Shown here piece after piece: positions 12,502 through 26,700 of a stretch of DNA of 64,000 bases. The notes beneath the pieces were generated by a model. The model did no database searches, was not told the DNA's origin, and was given only the letters and a program-made list of their open reading frames with translations. The DNA is from Geosiphon pyriformis uo1. Its lineage: Eukaryota; Fungi; Glomeromycota. The position numbers were made by a program, and so were the translations under genes. Numbering within the stretch: the first letter of the stretch is position 1; each line of letters starts with the position of its first letter. The stretch is from the NCBI GenBank assembly GCA_016748015.1, contig JAAOMT010000239.1, forward strand, positions 344,356 to 408,355, in the 5' to 3' direction.

Positions 12502-14743
12502 TCAACGAATCTGAGTACGAATATCGAATTTTGATTCACGTTTTTTCTCTTTCTTGCCGTTATTGAACACATTCCAAAAACGTAAAGTCTCATCTCCAGC
12601 CCCAGTTACGATATTTTGTCCGTCGGGTGAAACCGACAAATATAATACACGTAAAGTGTGACCTTTCAATACTGCCAATTGCTCCATCGAAGGATAAGAC
12701 CAAAGAATAATTTGGTTCTGAGAATATCCATGAGTGGATACAAGCTCATTGGCATGTTTAGACCAAGCAAGATTACAGACCTTTTTTGAATAATGAAATA
12801 ATGTAACATTGAGTTAAGATTTGGAAATCGAATCAAAACATATTGATAATTCAAAAATTTACCTGAGATTCCGTGTCATGACTCTCCAATGCTTCGCCAC
12901 TTACTGTATTCCAAAATCGGATGTGTTTGTCCTGGGATCCGCCACCACTGGACAAAATACCATGCGAGTGTGGACTCCAAGCGATCGCTTTGACTGCGGC
13001 AGTATGATGGTTCCATTTGTGAAGGGGACCACCTGTTGTGCGATCCCAGATCAGAAGTCTATTATCATTGCCTCCACTTGCAAGCTGAGTTCCTTCCGGG
13101 TTCCATTTCAAACCACAGACCTGAATAATATTTGTAAATTAATAGTGAAATTACTCGGATTTTTGTAAGAAAATAAAATTACTAATCTATCACTCACCTC
13201 CTGTCGATGTCCACTGAGGACTTCTGTGTAATTATCAGGGACTCGTACATCTCTGTGATAGATGACTCTGTCACGACTCCCGGTGCTAACGGTATATCCG
13301 TTCCAAGCCAAAGCACCTTGAATAAAGAATTTCATATTAGACGAAAATATCGATCAATATAAGAGAATACATCTCACAATTAATTTCAGATAAATTACCA
13401 ACTCTTTGGGTGTGTCCATCCATTTTTCTGATTTTCTTGTTCTTTTGAATATCCCAAATTTCTACAGGACCGTTGTTTGTACCAACAGCTATATGTGTAC
13501 CCTAGATTCAAAAATGTGTGATTAGATAAATCAGAGATAAAACGATCCAAGTAGAAGGCAGATTATGAGAAAATCAATGTCGAAAAAAACTATTTACAAT
13601 CGGCATCCAACTAACAGAGGTCACGTTATCATTTTGATTTTGTCCTAGATCACACAGTTTGATAACCTGGAAGCAAGAGAAGTGCGTTTTAATAAATGGA
13701 CATGTATAAAAATTAAGAGAGAAATAAGAAGGGTGAAAAGTGACATAATATATATACCCTTGATGTGACAGCATTCCAAAGATACACGCAAGTCCCTAAG
13801 CCAACGCCAAGTACGTTAGTTGAGGACCAATCGACCAGATTCAAATAAAAGTCATCCTCAAAAGTAAAAGAGATCACTTTAATTAGTTGTAATATAAGCA
13901 ATGAAATGAGCCAAGAGAAGTGATTTTATGGAAAATACCTGAAGATCTGGTGCATCCAAAACTTTGTAAGGGAACTTGCTAATGTATCTTGGCGGTTTAC
14001 GCGGATTGGTCATTATGTTTTGTGCCGACCATGTCAACGGGCTCATAGAATAGGCATCACGAAAAGGGGTATCAATGTGGCGACTCTTCTTTGATGGGGA
14101 CTTGAATGTCAGTAAGCCCTTGGTTGGGGTGCTTCCAGTGGTCATATTAATACGACGAACAATATCGTCGTTAGATTCTCTGAATCCGGGGAACATTGTA
14201 GATTCTAGGACAGCCTTGTAAATACGATCATCCTCTTCTCAGCATAAAATTAATAATATAGAGTTTAAGAACTCGGCACGAGATTGAATTGAGATTTTAA
14301 AAGAGAATAAGACAAATTGTCGGTAACTTGTTCAAGTCTTGAATTAGGGAATCGGGGATTACCTTGTAGTGCTTCTTCTTCAATTAATGAAGCAATTTTG
14401 CGCTTTCTTCCCTGTGAGCTTGTGGGAACACTTAGTCGTTGGAAATCCGAGACTAAATCCGGGGTTCTGATAGGGATGTATCTAAAGGTGTTTATTATGA
14501 TTTAGTAAAGTCCAAGGAGTGTTGCTCAAAGGTAGTTTATGTATGAAGGTAAAGAAAAAGATCAATAGCCTACCTATCTGCATATTCCACTATCCGCCTG
14601 GTGCGCGGACTCTGTACAGGTGTGGAAGTTCCTTGTAAAGGAAGGGGTGAAAACGAAGAACCCAAAAGAGGAGTGGTAGGGATTTGATTGAAATTGCTGT
14701 TTAATTCTTGGTCTGGATTTTGGTCAGAAAGTTGATCAGACAT
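12502..14743 (-). CDS. CDH1: APC/C activator Cdh1/Fizzy-related (WD40)
   Basis: C-box DRYIP split by an intron; [29 protein letters not shown]; LASGGNDN; [13 protein letters not shown]; [13 protein letters not shown]; C-terminal IR tail. Confidence 0.92.
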
Positions 14744-15458
14744 GTTCCAAAAATGCGACGAGAGGTTCTTTAAGAAAATTGTTTGTTTTGTTTGTTTGGG
14801 CGCGTATATGATTTGAGGTGACGGGAGGCCGGGGATTTATAAATTAAATAAACATTAGTTAAGTATGAAACGGATCGTAAGTTACAAAGACAAGTAATAA
14901 TGTACAGGTATAAATAACAACGGGAAGTTAGCTTTAGTTACAATAGACAGTATAAATATCTAAGTTAAAAAGTTGAGTGAAGTTCCAAAACTTTCAAACT
15001 TTATGTAACACTAAACACAGAAAATACAGGAGGACTAACAAAAGTCTAACAAACAAAATTCAGAGTTGTGTGAGAGAGAAGACCAAAAGATCTATTACTA
15101 ACCAAAAACTGTGGTCTCGAGCCCGAGAAAGAAAAGGCTCAACTATAGTTTCTTTCACTGAGTGCGCTTTTTAAAGTATAAACGCTTTATGCTCCTTTGT
15201 TCACGCGAGTCGACGTGTCGATAAAATGGGATTTTTGGCGTCTACCCTTTCAAGGATGAAAGATAGATCATGTGATTGTTATGATGCTAAAAGGAGATTA
15301 AATGATGTGGTGCATAAGGATAGACAATTAAGGTTTTTCTCACAAAAAGAAACCGACGTTTAAAAAAGAGACGAACATTCAAGAAATCAAAATTATTTAT
15401 TGAGCATTGTTTTCATAGATTGTGAGCTTGATTAGTTTATCAAGGTAAAAAGCTCAAA

Positions 15459-16514
15459 TCAAATCGGAACCCTCGTCTGATCCAACTTTTCAAAGATATA
15501 TTGGCACATGGTAAATAAACCAATAATTGAAGGAATTAAAAACGTTATACTAGTAATATGAAACCAACTTGACGCATGGATCAATAATGTAATAGCTAAA
15601 ACCATGCTTGGACCATGTTCAATCCAAATATCTGATGGTTTTCCCTGATGATCACGTTGTTGTTTTGAATTTACCTGTAACGGATCCGGTTTTGTGTAGA
15701 ACACGTAACAGTAGAAGGGGACAAGGAATAATCCAATTTCTAAAAATTGTCCGATGAACCACCTGTCCCATAAAGCGTATCCATATTTTTTTTGAGTAAA
15801 ATCGAAGGTCAATAATAGTAGATCTGGAGATGTGGAATATGATCGATTTATATGAAATTAAGTTTTTGAGAGAGGGAATTGAAAAAAAAAAAGTCCCTCT
15901 AAAAAAAAAACAGGAACTCTGAATTTTTTGAATCAAAAAATCACCTTTTTTATGTACAATCAAATCTTCAAACCAATGCGATACAACAGCCGCCAGAATC
16001 AAAAAGCTAGCTTTATTACTAGCCGTATAACTGGTGAAAAATCGGCACGAACCTGATAAAAGAATACCCCATCCAAGAGCACCCAATAATGAATGTGAAT
16101 AGGGTGCAGAAATATGAAGATCACTTGTTTTTGTGTATCCTTTTATTAATTTGGCTTTGAATTATTATTATTATTGTTGTTTTTTTTAAAAAAAAACCCC
16201 CCCCCCCCAAAAAAAAAGATGTAAAATGTATGAAATTTTAGGGTTAAAAAAACGAAACGAGAATTCAAAAAGAAAGTTGGATCATTTTTTTACCTTCTTC
16301 GATATTGGTTAACACAAAAATTCCCCATAGATAATCGACAAACTAATTAATGAAAATTAAATTATCTTTTTTTTTATTTTTTTGGTGGTTACATATCAAA
16401 TCCGTGGGATTTTATTGTGGTATTTACCTGAGTAGCAAACGTGAGAACTGTTAACGGAATTTTTGGTTCGATAACTTTAGCTATAAATGCAAAACTGTAA
16501 TGACCTATGAACAT
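15459..16514 (-). CDS. Bacterial-type multi-pass membrane protein (putative metal-dependent hydrolase, YdjM/YbcI-like), 4 exons
   Basis: Spliced: MFIGHYSFAFIAKVIEPKIPLTVLTFATQ|FVDYLWGIFVLTNIEE|AKLIKGYT..PYSHSLLGALGWG..AAVVSHWFEDLIVHKK|DLLL..KYGYALWDRW..LEIGL. GT-AG introns 16427-16343, 16293-~16155, ~15944-~15826 keep the frame. Confidence 0.8.
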
Positions 16515-16742
16515 GATGAAAAAAGGATTGCAAAAGGATAAAGAATGAAATTTCGGGAATAGTGAAATTAAATAAATAATGTAAATCACCTTCTTTGGAC
16601 TAATCCTTTTTAATAATACAATTTGATTTGATCTTACTCAAAAATCAGCTATTTTTTAATAATAATAATAATAATAAATGATTTTAATTCTTAGTTTAAA
16701 TTTATATTTCCTTCATGTAAAAAATATTTATCTTTTTAAACA

Positions 16743-16780
<38 letters not shown>

Positions 16781-17130
16781 TTATTTATTTATTTCAATAT
16801 TGTACAACATTTTTAATCATGAGTTACACTAAATTCTCAATTGAATATCATCGAAATGAAAGTGAGTCACAAAAATTAAAAAAGTAATGCAAAAAGGCAA
16901 TAAATATCGTGAGAAAAAGAATATGCAAGTAAAATAATAAATACATTTAAAAAAAAGAATTTCAATAACTTAAATATGGTTATATGCAAAAGTGATGATA
17001 CAAAAATATGTTGAATACCAGAAGAACCAGCAAAAATACAAGTTCAATTCTCTATTCTCCATTTAAAAAAGATACAATCAAAAATCATAGAATTTTAAAT
17101 TCAATTTAAAAGTTTCAGCCAACTTATTAC

Positions 17131-19481
17131 TCAAATCTTTTCCCATTCCTTAAGCTCTGAATCGGCCACTATCGTCTCCGAACTATCTTTTGGGGGTCTT
17201 TCCGTTGGTACAGGTATTGACAATTCCAGTGATTCATGTCCCGTTAAATCAAGAACTTCGGTTTGATTTTGGGTCTTTTTCGTTTTAGCTTTAGATCTTC
17301 GATTTTGGGCTTTTTCTAAATCTGGATCGACTTTATTTTTCTTTGCTTTTTTCATTTTGATTTGACGGCTATTTATATTTTTTGATCGAATCACCTCATG
17401 TTCTTCATCCGTTGATTCAGAGTCCTCGTCGATCGGAAATCGTTGAGTGTCATAACGTGACGTTGATTGTGATCCATATCCTTGAGGTTGGATAGTTACT
17501 ATCATACAAGAACAACAACAATAATAATAATAATAATAATAAATATTATTATGATTTGTAAAATTGAAATATGAACTCGGTTTACAATTGCATAAATTAA
17601 AATACATCTTGCTCGGAGTCCTTTGCCGAACGTTCGGAATACTATAACGCCGTATGTTAAAGTGACCTTTAAACATAAATTTTTTTGAAAGGATTCGAAT
17701 TAAAAACGTGTCTTTATTTCCATGTTTTAAAAGTTCAACAAAATAAAATTTTGCGTTTACCGTCGACATCAAGATACATGTAAATACTAAAGATTTGTAA
17801 ACGTGTAGGATAAAGATGTAAAACATTTAACATAATTATTATAAAATCAATTAAATACCAACAACAAAATAAATATTAACATACACTGAAAAATACTATT
17901 TTGAAAAAAAATGGAAATTCAATTAAATTAGTATAGTCAAAAAACTTTTTGAAATAAATAATAACATTTTAAAAATCAATTGAATGACACTACTTACAAG
18001 AAATACCAATTCCGAGTATTATCTTGAAACTGAGCCCATGGTTGGATGGGTGTTTCAATAAATCCTAATATATACACACCAGGTATTAAAACCCAGTAAG
18101 ATAAAAATATAGTCATAAGCCAATTACTTTCTCTATGAATCTAAAATGGTTGTTAGAATGTTAATTAATTTTAAAGTGAATGATAAAAATGTGATTAATA
18201 CTAATAATAATAATAATTATTATTATTATTATTATTAATATTTCCGAGACTTACCGCTACAAAACCTAATGCTGTGATTAGTGGGAATATTATCACAAGA
18301 GCAGTTAAATAAATTGTGGTCACAATGGGATTTTTTGTCACTTTGCCCCAATATAAATAACTTTCGTAGGTATAGAAAATTCCGAATCCCCAAACAAAGA
18401 AGAAATCTAATTTCACCAAGAGAGTGAGTATTGAACAATTTCTGTACATGGCTATAGTTAAAAATGAAAATATTTTGTATTAAAATCTATTCAAGATAAA
18501 TCAAATAAAAGAGCACAAACTATTTTTTTTAACAAAATATACCTTGCATATTTGAACTAGCACCGGTCTGTTGAAAACCATGCCATTCAAACTCCTTGTA
18601 CAATTTATAACCAAAAAATGTGAAGGATATAGCAAAGAATGTCAATACTGATGCATGTGCTATGCTATATTGTCTTGAAATGAAGCTAGATTCAGGTTCG
18701 ACACCATAAATAGCTGCTGCTTTAAGGATTCGTGATGCCCATATATCACTCTCGATAATTTCGATCGCCCCATAGGCGGCCATTAAGAAATTAATTAGAA
18801 GGACCGTGATTAACTCAATATGATCACAATGATAAACCTAATTAATTAATATGCATCAAACATAAAGAAATTGGAAAAAAGGGATTAGTGAAATGCGCGA
18901 GATCTTTTGAAATTGAATAGAATTTTTTTTTTTATGATACTTACTACATCAAAAGAAAGAATTAATAGAAATACATCGAAAGCGATAATGAATGCGTTTT
19001 CCGTAACCAATCTCTGACCACGGTCAGCAACAGTTTTCATGGGATCGACTTTTGTTATATTTGAACCGGTCATCAAAGCCTGATTGAGTATTTCCTTGTC
19101 CATTGCCTCAACGGCTTTTGTATCATTATCGTTGGCTGATAGAATTACATATTGTATAGTACAGACGCATATCGCTTGGAAGATTGCGCATACAATAAAG
19201 TATCGCGACCAACGGTTGTCTGTGAGATTAGTCGTCTAATAAAAGAAGACCAAAACATAAAGGAAAACAAGTTTCAGTGACCTTTGACGAGTGTTTTAAT
19301 GATGTTGTTGTTGTTGTTGTTTTTTTTTAGTCGAGAGTTATGCAACGAGTTTGTGGTGTTGCTTAAAATTTCCGAAATGGTAAATACAAGCTCTTAGGGG
19401 GAGGGGGGGGTAGACTTTTGAACAAGATAGTGAAACTTTTCCTACCAATTTTTTAAAATAACCTTTGATAGTGGAAGCCAT
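17131..19481 (-). CDS. UPF0658-like Golgi/multi-pass membrane protein with charged C-terminal tail
   Basis: Several hydrophobic helices; KLYKEFEWHGFQQTGASSNMQ-AMYRNCSILTLLVKLDFFF resembles the family motif LY.EFGW..Y...GA....MY......LLKLDFFF. Confidence 0.65.
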
Positions 19482-20328
19482 TAAAAAACTTTTTTGTTTT
19501 TATAGTTCTCAAGGAAAAAATTCATGAAAATTATTCCTAGCGAAACCAAAGGCCCACCAGTAAAGTAAATTTTTATATGCAAGCTTTGAAAATAAACTCG
19601 TGAGGGTTTTTTTTTAATATTTCATGTCTAATAAATTAGGAACTATTCACGGCCGTTCTTGCTAAAAGAGCTCGAGAGAGAGCACAATAGATCCAGAGTT
19701 GGCTTGGCCGCTAAGCTTTTAATTCTGGCTACTTTATTTGGAACGCGCCATTGATTCTAAGCCAGTAGTCAGATTCTGGGCTTCATTTGATTCTAAACGC
19801 ATACTGATGCACAATCTTCGATGATGATGATGATGATGATGATGATTAAAGCAAACAGAATAACAACAATGACTTCTTATTTTTTACTAGCTTAATTTGG
19901 AAGACCCGCAAAATGTGTCATATTAGAATGGAATATGTATTGCATTGATATGTTTGACGCTTTTATCCGCTTTTACTTTTGATCATTGTATTTGCAGATC
20001 TTTTAATTTGGGGAGAAAAAAAACTTCAGGAGTAAGTTTAAATTTTAATCAGTTTTAAACATTTAGTTTAGATTAGACAATAATGACACATTATGACGTA
20101 TTCCAAAAAAACCCATACATCCTCAAAAGTGACACCAGTCTTTTTGACAAAACGTCATTCAAACGAGAAACATTCGGGTGAGAGAACCAAGATATTTTGT
20201 TCTAAATTTTCATTTTTTTTTATGTATTGCATTTCCAATTTATAAAAATTGATATATATTATATATGTTTAAAAAATTGAATAATATTTTCAATATATAT
20301 ATTTCGAAAAATATTGAATTTAGCTTTA

Positions 20329-20329
<1 letters not shown>

Positions 20330-20376
<47 letters not shown>
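20330..20376. repeat. (ATT)n microsatellite in AT-rich intergenic DNA
   Basis: Perfect run of attattatt seen directly. Confidence 0.9.
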
Positions 20377-20377
<1 letters not shown>

Positions 20378-21393
20378 TTAACAGTATATATGTATTTTAA
20401 ATTTTTTATTTTTATTATAATATTATATTTTTTAAAATGATTAATTCGAACATTGAACTTTATTTAATAATTAGAACTTTACTTTTTGCTTTATTTTTAA
20501 CTATAAATAATAATAATAATAATAATACTGCTTACTAATATTTACAAAATTAATTATAAATAAAAATTAGTTTCATTATTTTTATAATGATAAATATTTT
20601 GATTATTTTTCAAAAATAATAAAAAAAAAATCATTTTTTGTTTAATTTATTTAATTTAATTTAATTTAATTTAATTCAATTAAAGAGAGACTTTTGAGAT
20701 TTCGTATATATATACATAAATAGATTACCAAAAAGATCTTGGCAAAAAAATTTTCGCGCATTATTGGATGATCCGTTACCGTTACTTGTGTTCAGAATTA
20801 CCGATTAGAATTAACAAACAAAAAAATATTGATTATTTAAAAAGAAATAATAATAGTGACCGAGAATCAAAACTCTTATATCCATTAGAAGTTTAATTAA
20901 AAAAACTTTAAAAGAACACAATATTAACTCTTACATAATGTTAAAAAACCAATAACATATATATACATATTACGAATAATTTTTTCTTTAATTAAATAGA
21001 TCTTATAGATGCATATTTGTGAATTTGGTAAAAGCAAAAAAAAATTTTATTTTTCAAATGTTTATTTTTTAAAAATATATAAAAAACAACTGAAAAATAT
21101 TAAAATTGATTTTTTTTTAAAAATATATTACATTTATTTAATTTTTATTTTATTTTTTTATTTTTTGTTATAACAAAAAACTATTTTATAATAATTTTTT
21201 TCATCAATTTATTTTCAAGTAATAAATACATATGATAAATAAATACGAAACTACAAAATAATAAAATTTATATATAAAAGTAATAATTATAAAAATTTTA
21301 ATAAACATAAAAAACATTGTAATTACAATTGTTTTTTACTCAACCTGATTTCCTAACCAAATGCCACATCTTACCATTATACACAACCTATTT

Positions 21394-22843
21394 TTATCTG
21401 AAACCCTTCACAGGATTAATTATCCCAGCGTTCTCATCCTCAATCAAACTCTTCTTCTCCATCCAAACGCGTTCCCTGTGCAAATTCATGAACATCCTGA
21501 CTAATTCCACAATTTTAGCCGAGGTAGACAAATTCTTTTTAAAAGTAAATTAAGATGAAATAAATTTTTAATGTGTATTAATTAAATCAAAGGATTAATC
21601 ACTTAAAAAAGCTTATCTCTTAGAAATTAAATTAAATGAGCCAACATTTAGAAAAATTATTAATTTCTAAACTTAAAACACGACTTGTATAAACTGCTCC
21701 TGAATGAATGGGCGTTGAAGTTGTCGAGGGTATTGCTGTCAACTCGTTCTCTACCATTTCTTTTACGTATTTATCTGTTTCTAAAAACTCTAAACTCTCA
21801 GTTGTAGTCTTGTGATTATATAAAATTTCAAGTCTAACTAATTTCGAAAGAACTTTTTTGGCAGTAGGACGATTCTCAGGATTAACATCCCAACACTTTA
21901 CAATTATTTCGGCAATACAAAGTGGAATAAGTGGGGAGGTAATCTTAGGTTTAATACCATTAAAAACAATTTCGAATATGAGATCACGGTCATGATTACG
22001 ATCATGAAACGGACGGTTTCCTGTTGCTAATTCCCATAATAGCATAGCAAAACTATAAATATCACCAGCCGTCGTAAACTTTCCTCCTCCTAAAACTTCT
22101 GGTGGAACGTATGGAATCACTCCATATATATTTTTCTCCGCTGCAACTATTTCATTGTTTACTGATTGACATAATCCGAGGTCCAATTTCTACATCATTT
22201 CCATCTTATTGGATTATGTTGCCCGAATGGAGGTCACGATGAACCATACCAGCTTTATGAATTTTATCAAGTCCAGAAGCAATACGAATTGCTGTTTATA
22301 ATTTATTAGACCAACTCATAGAATGAAAATTTATTGATAAATATCTCCGCATGTCTCCTTCTGGGGCAAACTCCATCACAATCCCATATTCGAGTGTTTC
22401 AGTGTTTTATGTAATTCCGTATATTAAAGTCATATTTTGCATATATTCTTTGTTAATGAACATAGTTCTTTGAATATTTAACTATCAAAAGTTAAAGAAT
22501 AAATAGTTAACTAAATTAATCAAAATAATAAGGATTAAACGTTCAGATGTACATAAATAATAATAGTGATTTAATTACCTCGTTAAAGATTTCTTCACTA
22601 TTCGTGTTCATAATTTTTATTACTACTTCCATTCCTTCTTTACATCTCTCATATTCCATTAAACCATGATGTTTTATAGTATATGTATTAATTAATCCAT
22701 CAATTAAGGTTGCTTTGTAAATTGTACCGAACCCTCCTTTAGCAATTTCGTTGATATTCGACAAATGCTCCCATGGAATCCATTCATAATAGTTCAAACT
22801 ACCATTATCATATTCATTATTAGGTAATTTCTTTATTTTCCAT
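21394..22843 (-). pseudogene. Tyrosine-kinase-like (TKL) protein kinase pseudogene, Glomeromycotina-expanded type
   Basis: EWIPW..L....IAKGGFGTIYKA, YGIT*, VMEFA, MVHRDLHSGNI, DLGLC, IYGVIPYVPPE, DIYSFAMLLWE, CWDVNPENRP. In-frame TAA at 22409-22407, 22298-22296, 22208-22206 and a frameshift near 22183 in IGDLG. The 3' end is approximate. Confidence 0.9.
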
Positions 22844-23083
22844 GTTGTGGATAAAATTGAATATGTTAATTGCTAGTATCATTTAATCAAACTAAATAAG
22901 ATCCACTTATACCTTAACCTTATTAGTATTAGCCTTGTTGACACCTATCGTATTTTGAAAAATGTACTGTTGAATAATGGTTTCCCAGAAATTTGGTCAA
23001 AAAAATAATTATGCAAATTTTTAAAATAACAGATTTAATTTTGAAAATGCAGACGATAACATTCAGTCAATTTATTTATAAGT

Positions 23084-23115
<32 letters not shown>

Positions 23116-23719
23116 TTTAAACTTAGTTTTATTTTTTTGTATTTTATATATAAAATATCTAATAATAATAAAAATAACAAAATACTTATTTTATAATTTT
23201 ATAATTTTTAACTTTTTGTAATAATAATATATTATTAATTATAATTCATTTATCACCTAAACATTATGATATTTAATCCTTAAATATTCAAAATTTACTT
23301 AAATTATATTTAAATAAAACAAATGAAAAAATACATCCACAAATTTTCTATTTTTATAATTAACTTAATAGCTCAGTTCAATGAGTTAAAACCAATTATC
23401 AAAAATTTTTGATGTTATAAAAAAATCTCTTTACTCAAATCTTTTGACATATTTCAATCATTGTTTAAAATAAATTATATATGAATTGTTCTTAAAAAAT
23501 CCATCATGATGCTGAAAAAACGACAAGTTTTCATATTTGCATACACATCTGTCAATCTCCAAAAGTCAAAAACTGATTACCCTTCCGGGGCCATAAGGAT
23601 TGGCTTAAGAATATTCCACATAAAATAGGAATAATTTGCACTCAGCTTAAAGATTTACCATCAACCATTCGCTTAGTAGAAACCAATTGAGTAATTATGA
23701 GAACTTAAAGAGCTGGATT

Positions 23720-26700
23720 TTACGGATGCCCAGCTCGAATTTCCCCAAGATATCTTGCACGTAACGGAGTATCAGCGAATAAGGCACAAATCAGATTCTC
23801 TAATTCACTTGTTTTGAAAGAGATCAACTTAGCTTCACGAAACCGATTTATAATTTCGGCAAGCGAAAGATCGAGAATATCGGTGAGATGATGATACTTT
23901 TCCCAGTTTTTGACATAGCTATCAATCTTATTTGCCTGCGAAAAGGGAACAAGAATTAATCAGCAAAAATGTTATTGAAAAAATGATGTTTCAAAGTCCT
24001 CCCTACATACCCCAGATTTTGGGAATAGTCCTTCTAACTCAAATAACATCCCACAAATTAAGTTCAGCTGCTGTGATTCTTCTGCAGAGATATCATATAA
24101 ATCCTCTATATCTTCGATCATCCTTTTAATAACAAAGTCGATAAGGATTCCCAGTGCGGTATAATGCATGACTGGTGGTATGAGCAACTAATCATTAATA
24201 AGATCTTTAGTAAGATTCAGACATGAAGATTTCACAATCAATGAAGGATCCTAAAATCATGATGACAAGAATACTAACTTTCCAGACTTTGCTCAACTGG
24301 TTCAGGCTGTACACAATTTGTTTCATAGCACGATGACATGATTCAAAACGTCTATCAATGGCTACTTGGTGGACGCCACCCATATCGTCTAAAAATTCTT
24401 TAAGAACCGATTTTTGCGCTTCCTATGAAATTTTAAAAAGTAAAAGAGATGGATTAAAGGTAAAAATGAAAATTTTAACCTATTACTAATTAAAAACATA
24501 TTTACCATCTGTATATTAAACCACTTTTGCCCTAACTCGTGCAACTTGACGCACATATCTTCATACGATACATTCTGTCCAGTCCATTTATTAACACTCG
24601 AAATTCCATTATCCATTGCCATGCTTCCTTTAGCTCCCATGCCATGAAAATAATTTTCATAATCTTCATCCTTATTAGAGGACAATGTCAAAGATTCACG
24701 ATAGAAAGTCTCTTGGATTTTATTGAGTTCAGCGGCAAGCCAAAAACAGTCATTATAAAATATCAGCGAGAGAGCAGGAATATCCGTGAATTTACTATTG
24801 TGGTAGACAGGCATAATGGCGCGATATAAATCGAACAGGTCCAGCGTGGCATTATATAATCTGTTACCACTTTTGCATTTTAGTAATTTGATAAACTTTT
24901 TTAAGTCAGCTCGTCAATTTTTCATCAGAATCAAACAGCGTCTGAGCAATCAGAAATGATACCTTTGTGCATTCAATTTTCGTGCCTCGTGCAAAACATT
25001 GATCGTTAATTGAATCAAAGCTTTAGATTTTGTGGTAATCTCATATCGCTTTGGTTCAAATACATGAATCTCAGAATGGGTATCTTTCCCAATTTTGCTG
25101 GCGTCATCTTTCTTTCCTTCATATTTATTTCCCTGGTCTTCATCAATACCCCACCCATCATCACCCCAATCCTCATTCCAATCCAAATCCCAACCTTCGT
25201 TATTAGCTCGCGTGGCAGTTTCATTTTTTTCCTCCATGTGTGTATCATCACGCTCAAATTTAACATCCCGACTACTCTCTGTCTCCTCACCCTCAATTCC
25301 TCCTTTTTCCCTATCCTCATCAATAACCACCACAGTCTCAAAGCCCTGATCCATCATGATCCGTCTCCCAAGTTCTAACAGCCGATCCCGCTTTCGAACG
25401 GTGAAATGCAGATCTACCTTAGCGACGTAAGTGGCCAAGGTATACTCCTCCTCCTGATCTCGTAAGTCGGACATAAATTCCAACCGTCTCATGTCGGCCT
25501 CAAATCGCAGTGCCGATTGTGCCACTTTATCGAACCATTTCAGCTCAGAAATTTCTGTTGGAATCACATGAGCGAGGTACTGTTTGATAATCAAGTCGCG
25601 AAGATCACTTGTTATGAGATTGCCAAATTTGTTAGCATATTGGGTAGTGAGTGGGGAAGGGGTGAATGATTGAAAGCCTGGTGAGGAGGGATCGGGACCG
25701 CCAAATATCCAGTGATAGATGAAGTGGAATATTCGTGTCAATGAGGAAAATAACAAATCTAAAAATTTCAAAGGAAAAGGTTAATATTATTTAAAAATAA
25801 CCATCAGAGACTTGAAGTGACATATAATAGGTGAATACCATCGTCATCCATCCCTCCAATCTCAAAATGGGAGCTCGGTCCTATCATCAAACTGGCACCG
25901 ATCTCATTTTCAACTTTGATTTCAACACTCCAACTATCACGATGTCCAAGCAATGGAATAATTAAGTATCTCAACACATTTTTTTTTAGCCGAGATAGTT
26001 GCATGTCGACCAGATTGACCTCAGTCAATGATACAAAAATGGAGGATAAATGGATGGCCGAGTCCGGACCTGTTTGAATTTAAATGCGAGAATCAATTTA
26101 TGGTGGATCAAAGGAAAAAGTCTTTATGATTTTCGATTAATGAGCTTACTTTGTACCATAGTCGATACAGTCAACCTGCCTCCTCCATCACCACCTTCAA
26201 TTTTGTCGAATATAATTGCTTTGGTTAAAAGATCATCCATTGTCTGATCTAATTTATCTCTCATGCTCGCCAATTTCAACTAACAAAGTATTGATTTGAA
26301 AGTGGAAATTGTATTTTATTATTTGGGAGATCAAAATCTTGACAAAAGAGTTATAACCTATTTATCCTAAAACATTCTTTTATATAAGTTGAAAACCTTG
26401 ATCAAAATAGCAAAAATAAAAAGAATGAACTTTAAACTCATCGACTATATTGCACCTAATAAACCTCGCCACCCTCAATTATGGTGGATGACTGAATTTT
26501 CCCTGTTATCAAGCTGTTGCAAATAGTAGTGCCTAATGCAGCGCATCCGGGCTCTTCTCAATTAATTAAATAGATCCCAAGGATTCCGGTAGTGGGTTTC
26601 CATATATATATATATACATCCTCAGATTCCTCATTCAAAGATGTTCTTGGATTTTCAGAATTAAAGCTGAAACATCTCAGGATTCCGTATAAATATTGCA

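Noticed and set aside
25010-25378. Antisense and alternative-frame ORFs in the track (here and over other exons), and AT-rich ORFs such as 16678, 22993, 28262, 34311
   Set aside because: Shadows of real exons or low-complexity chance ORFs, many without ATG.
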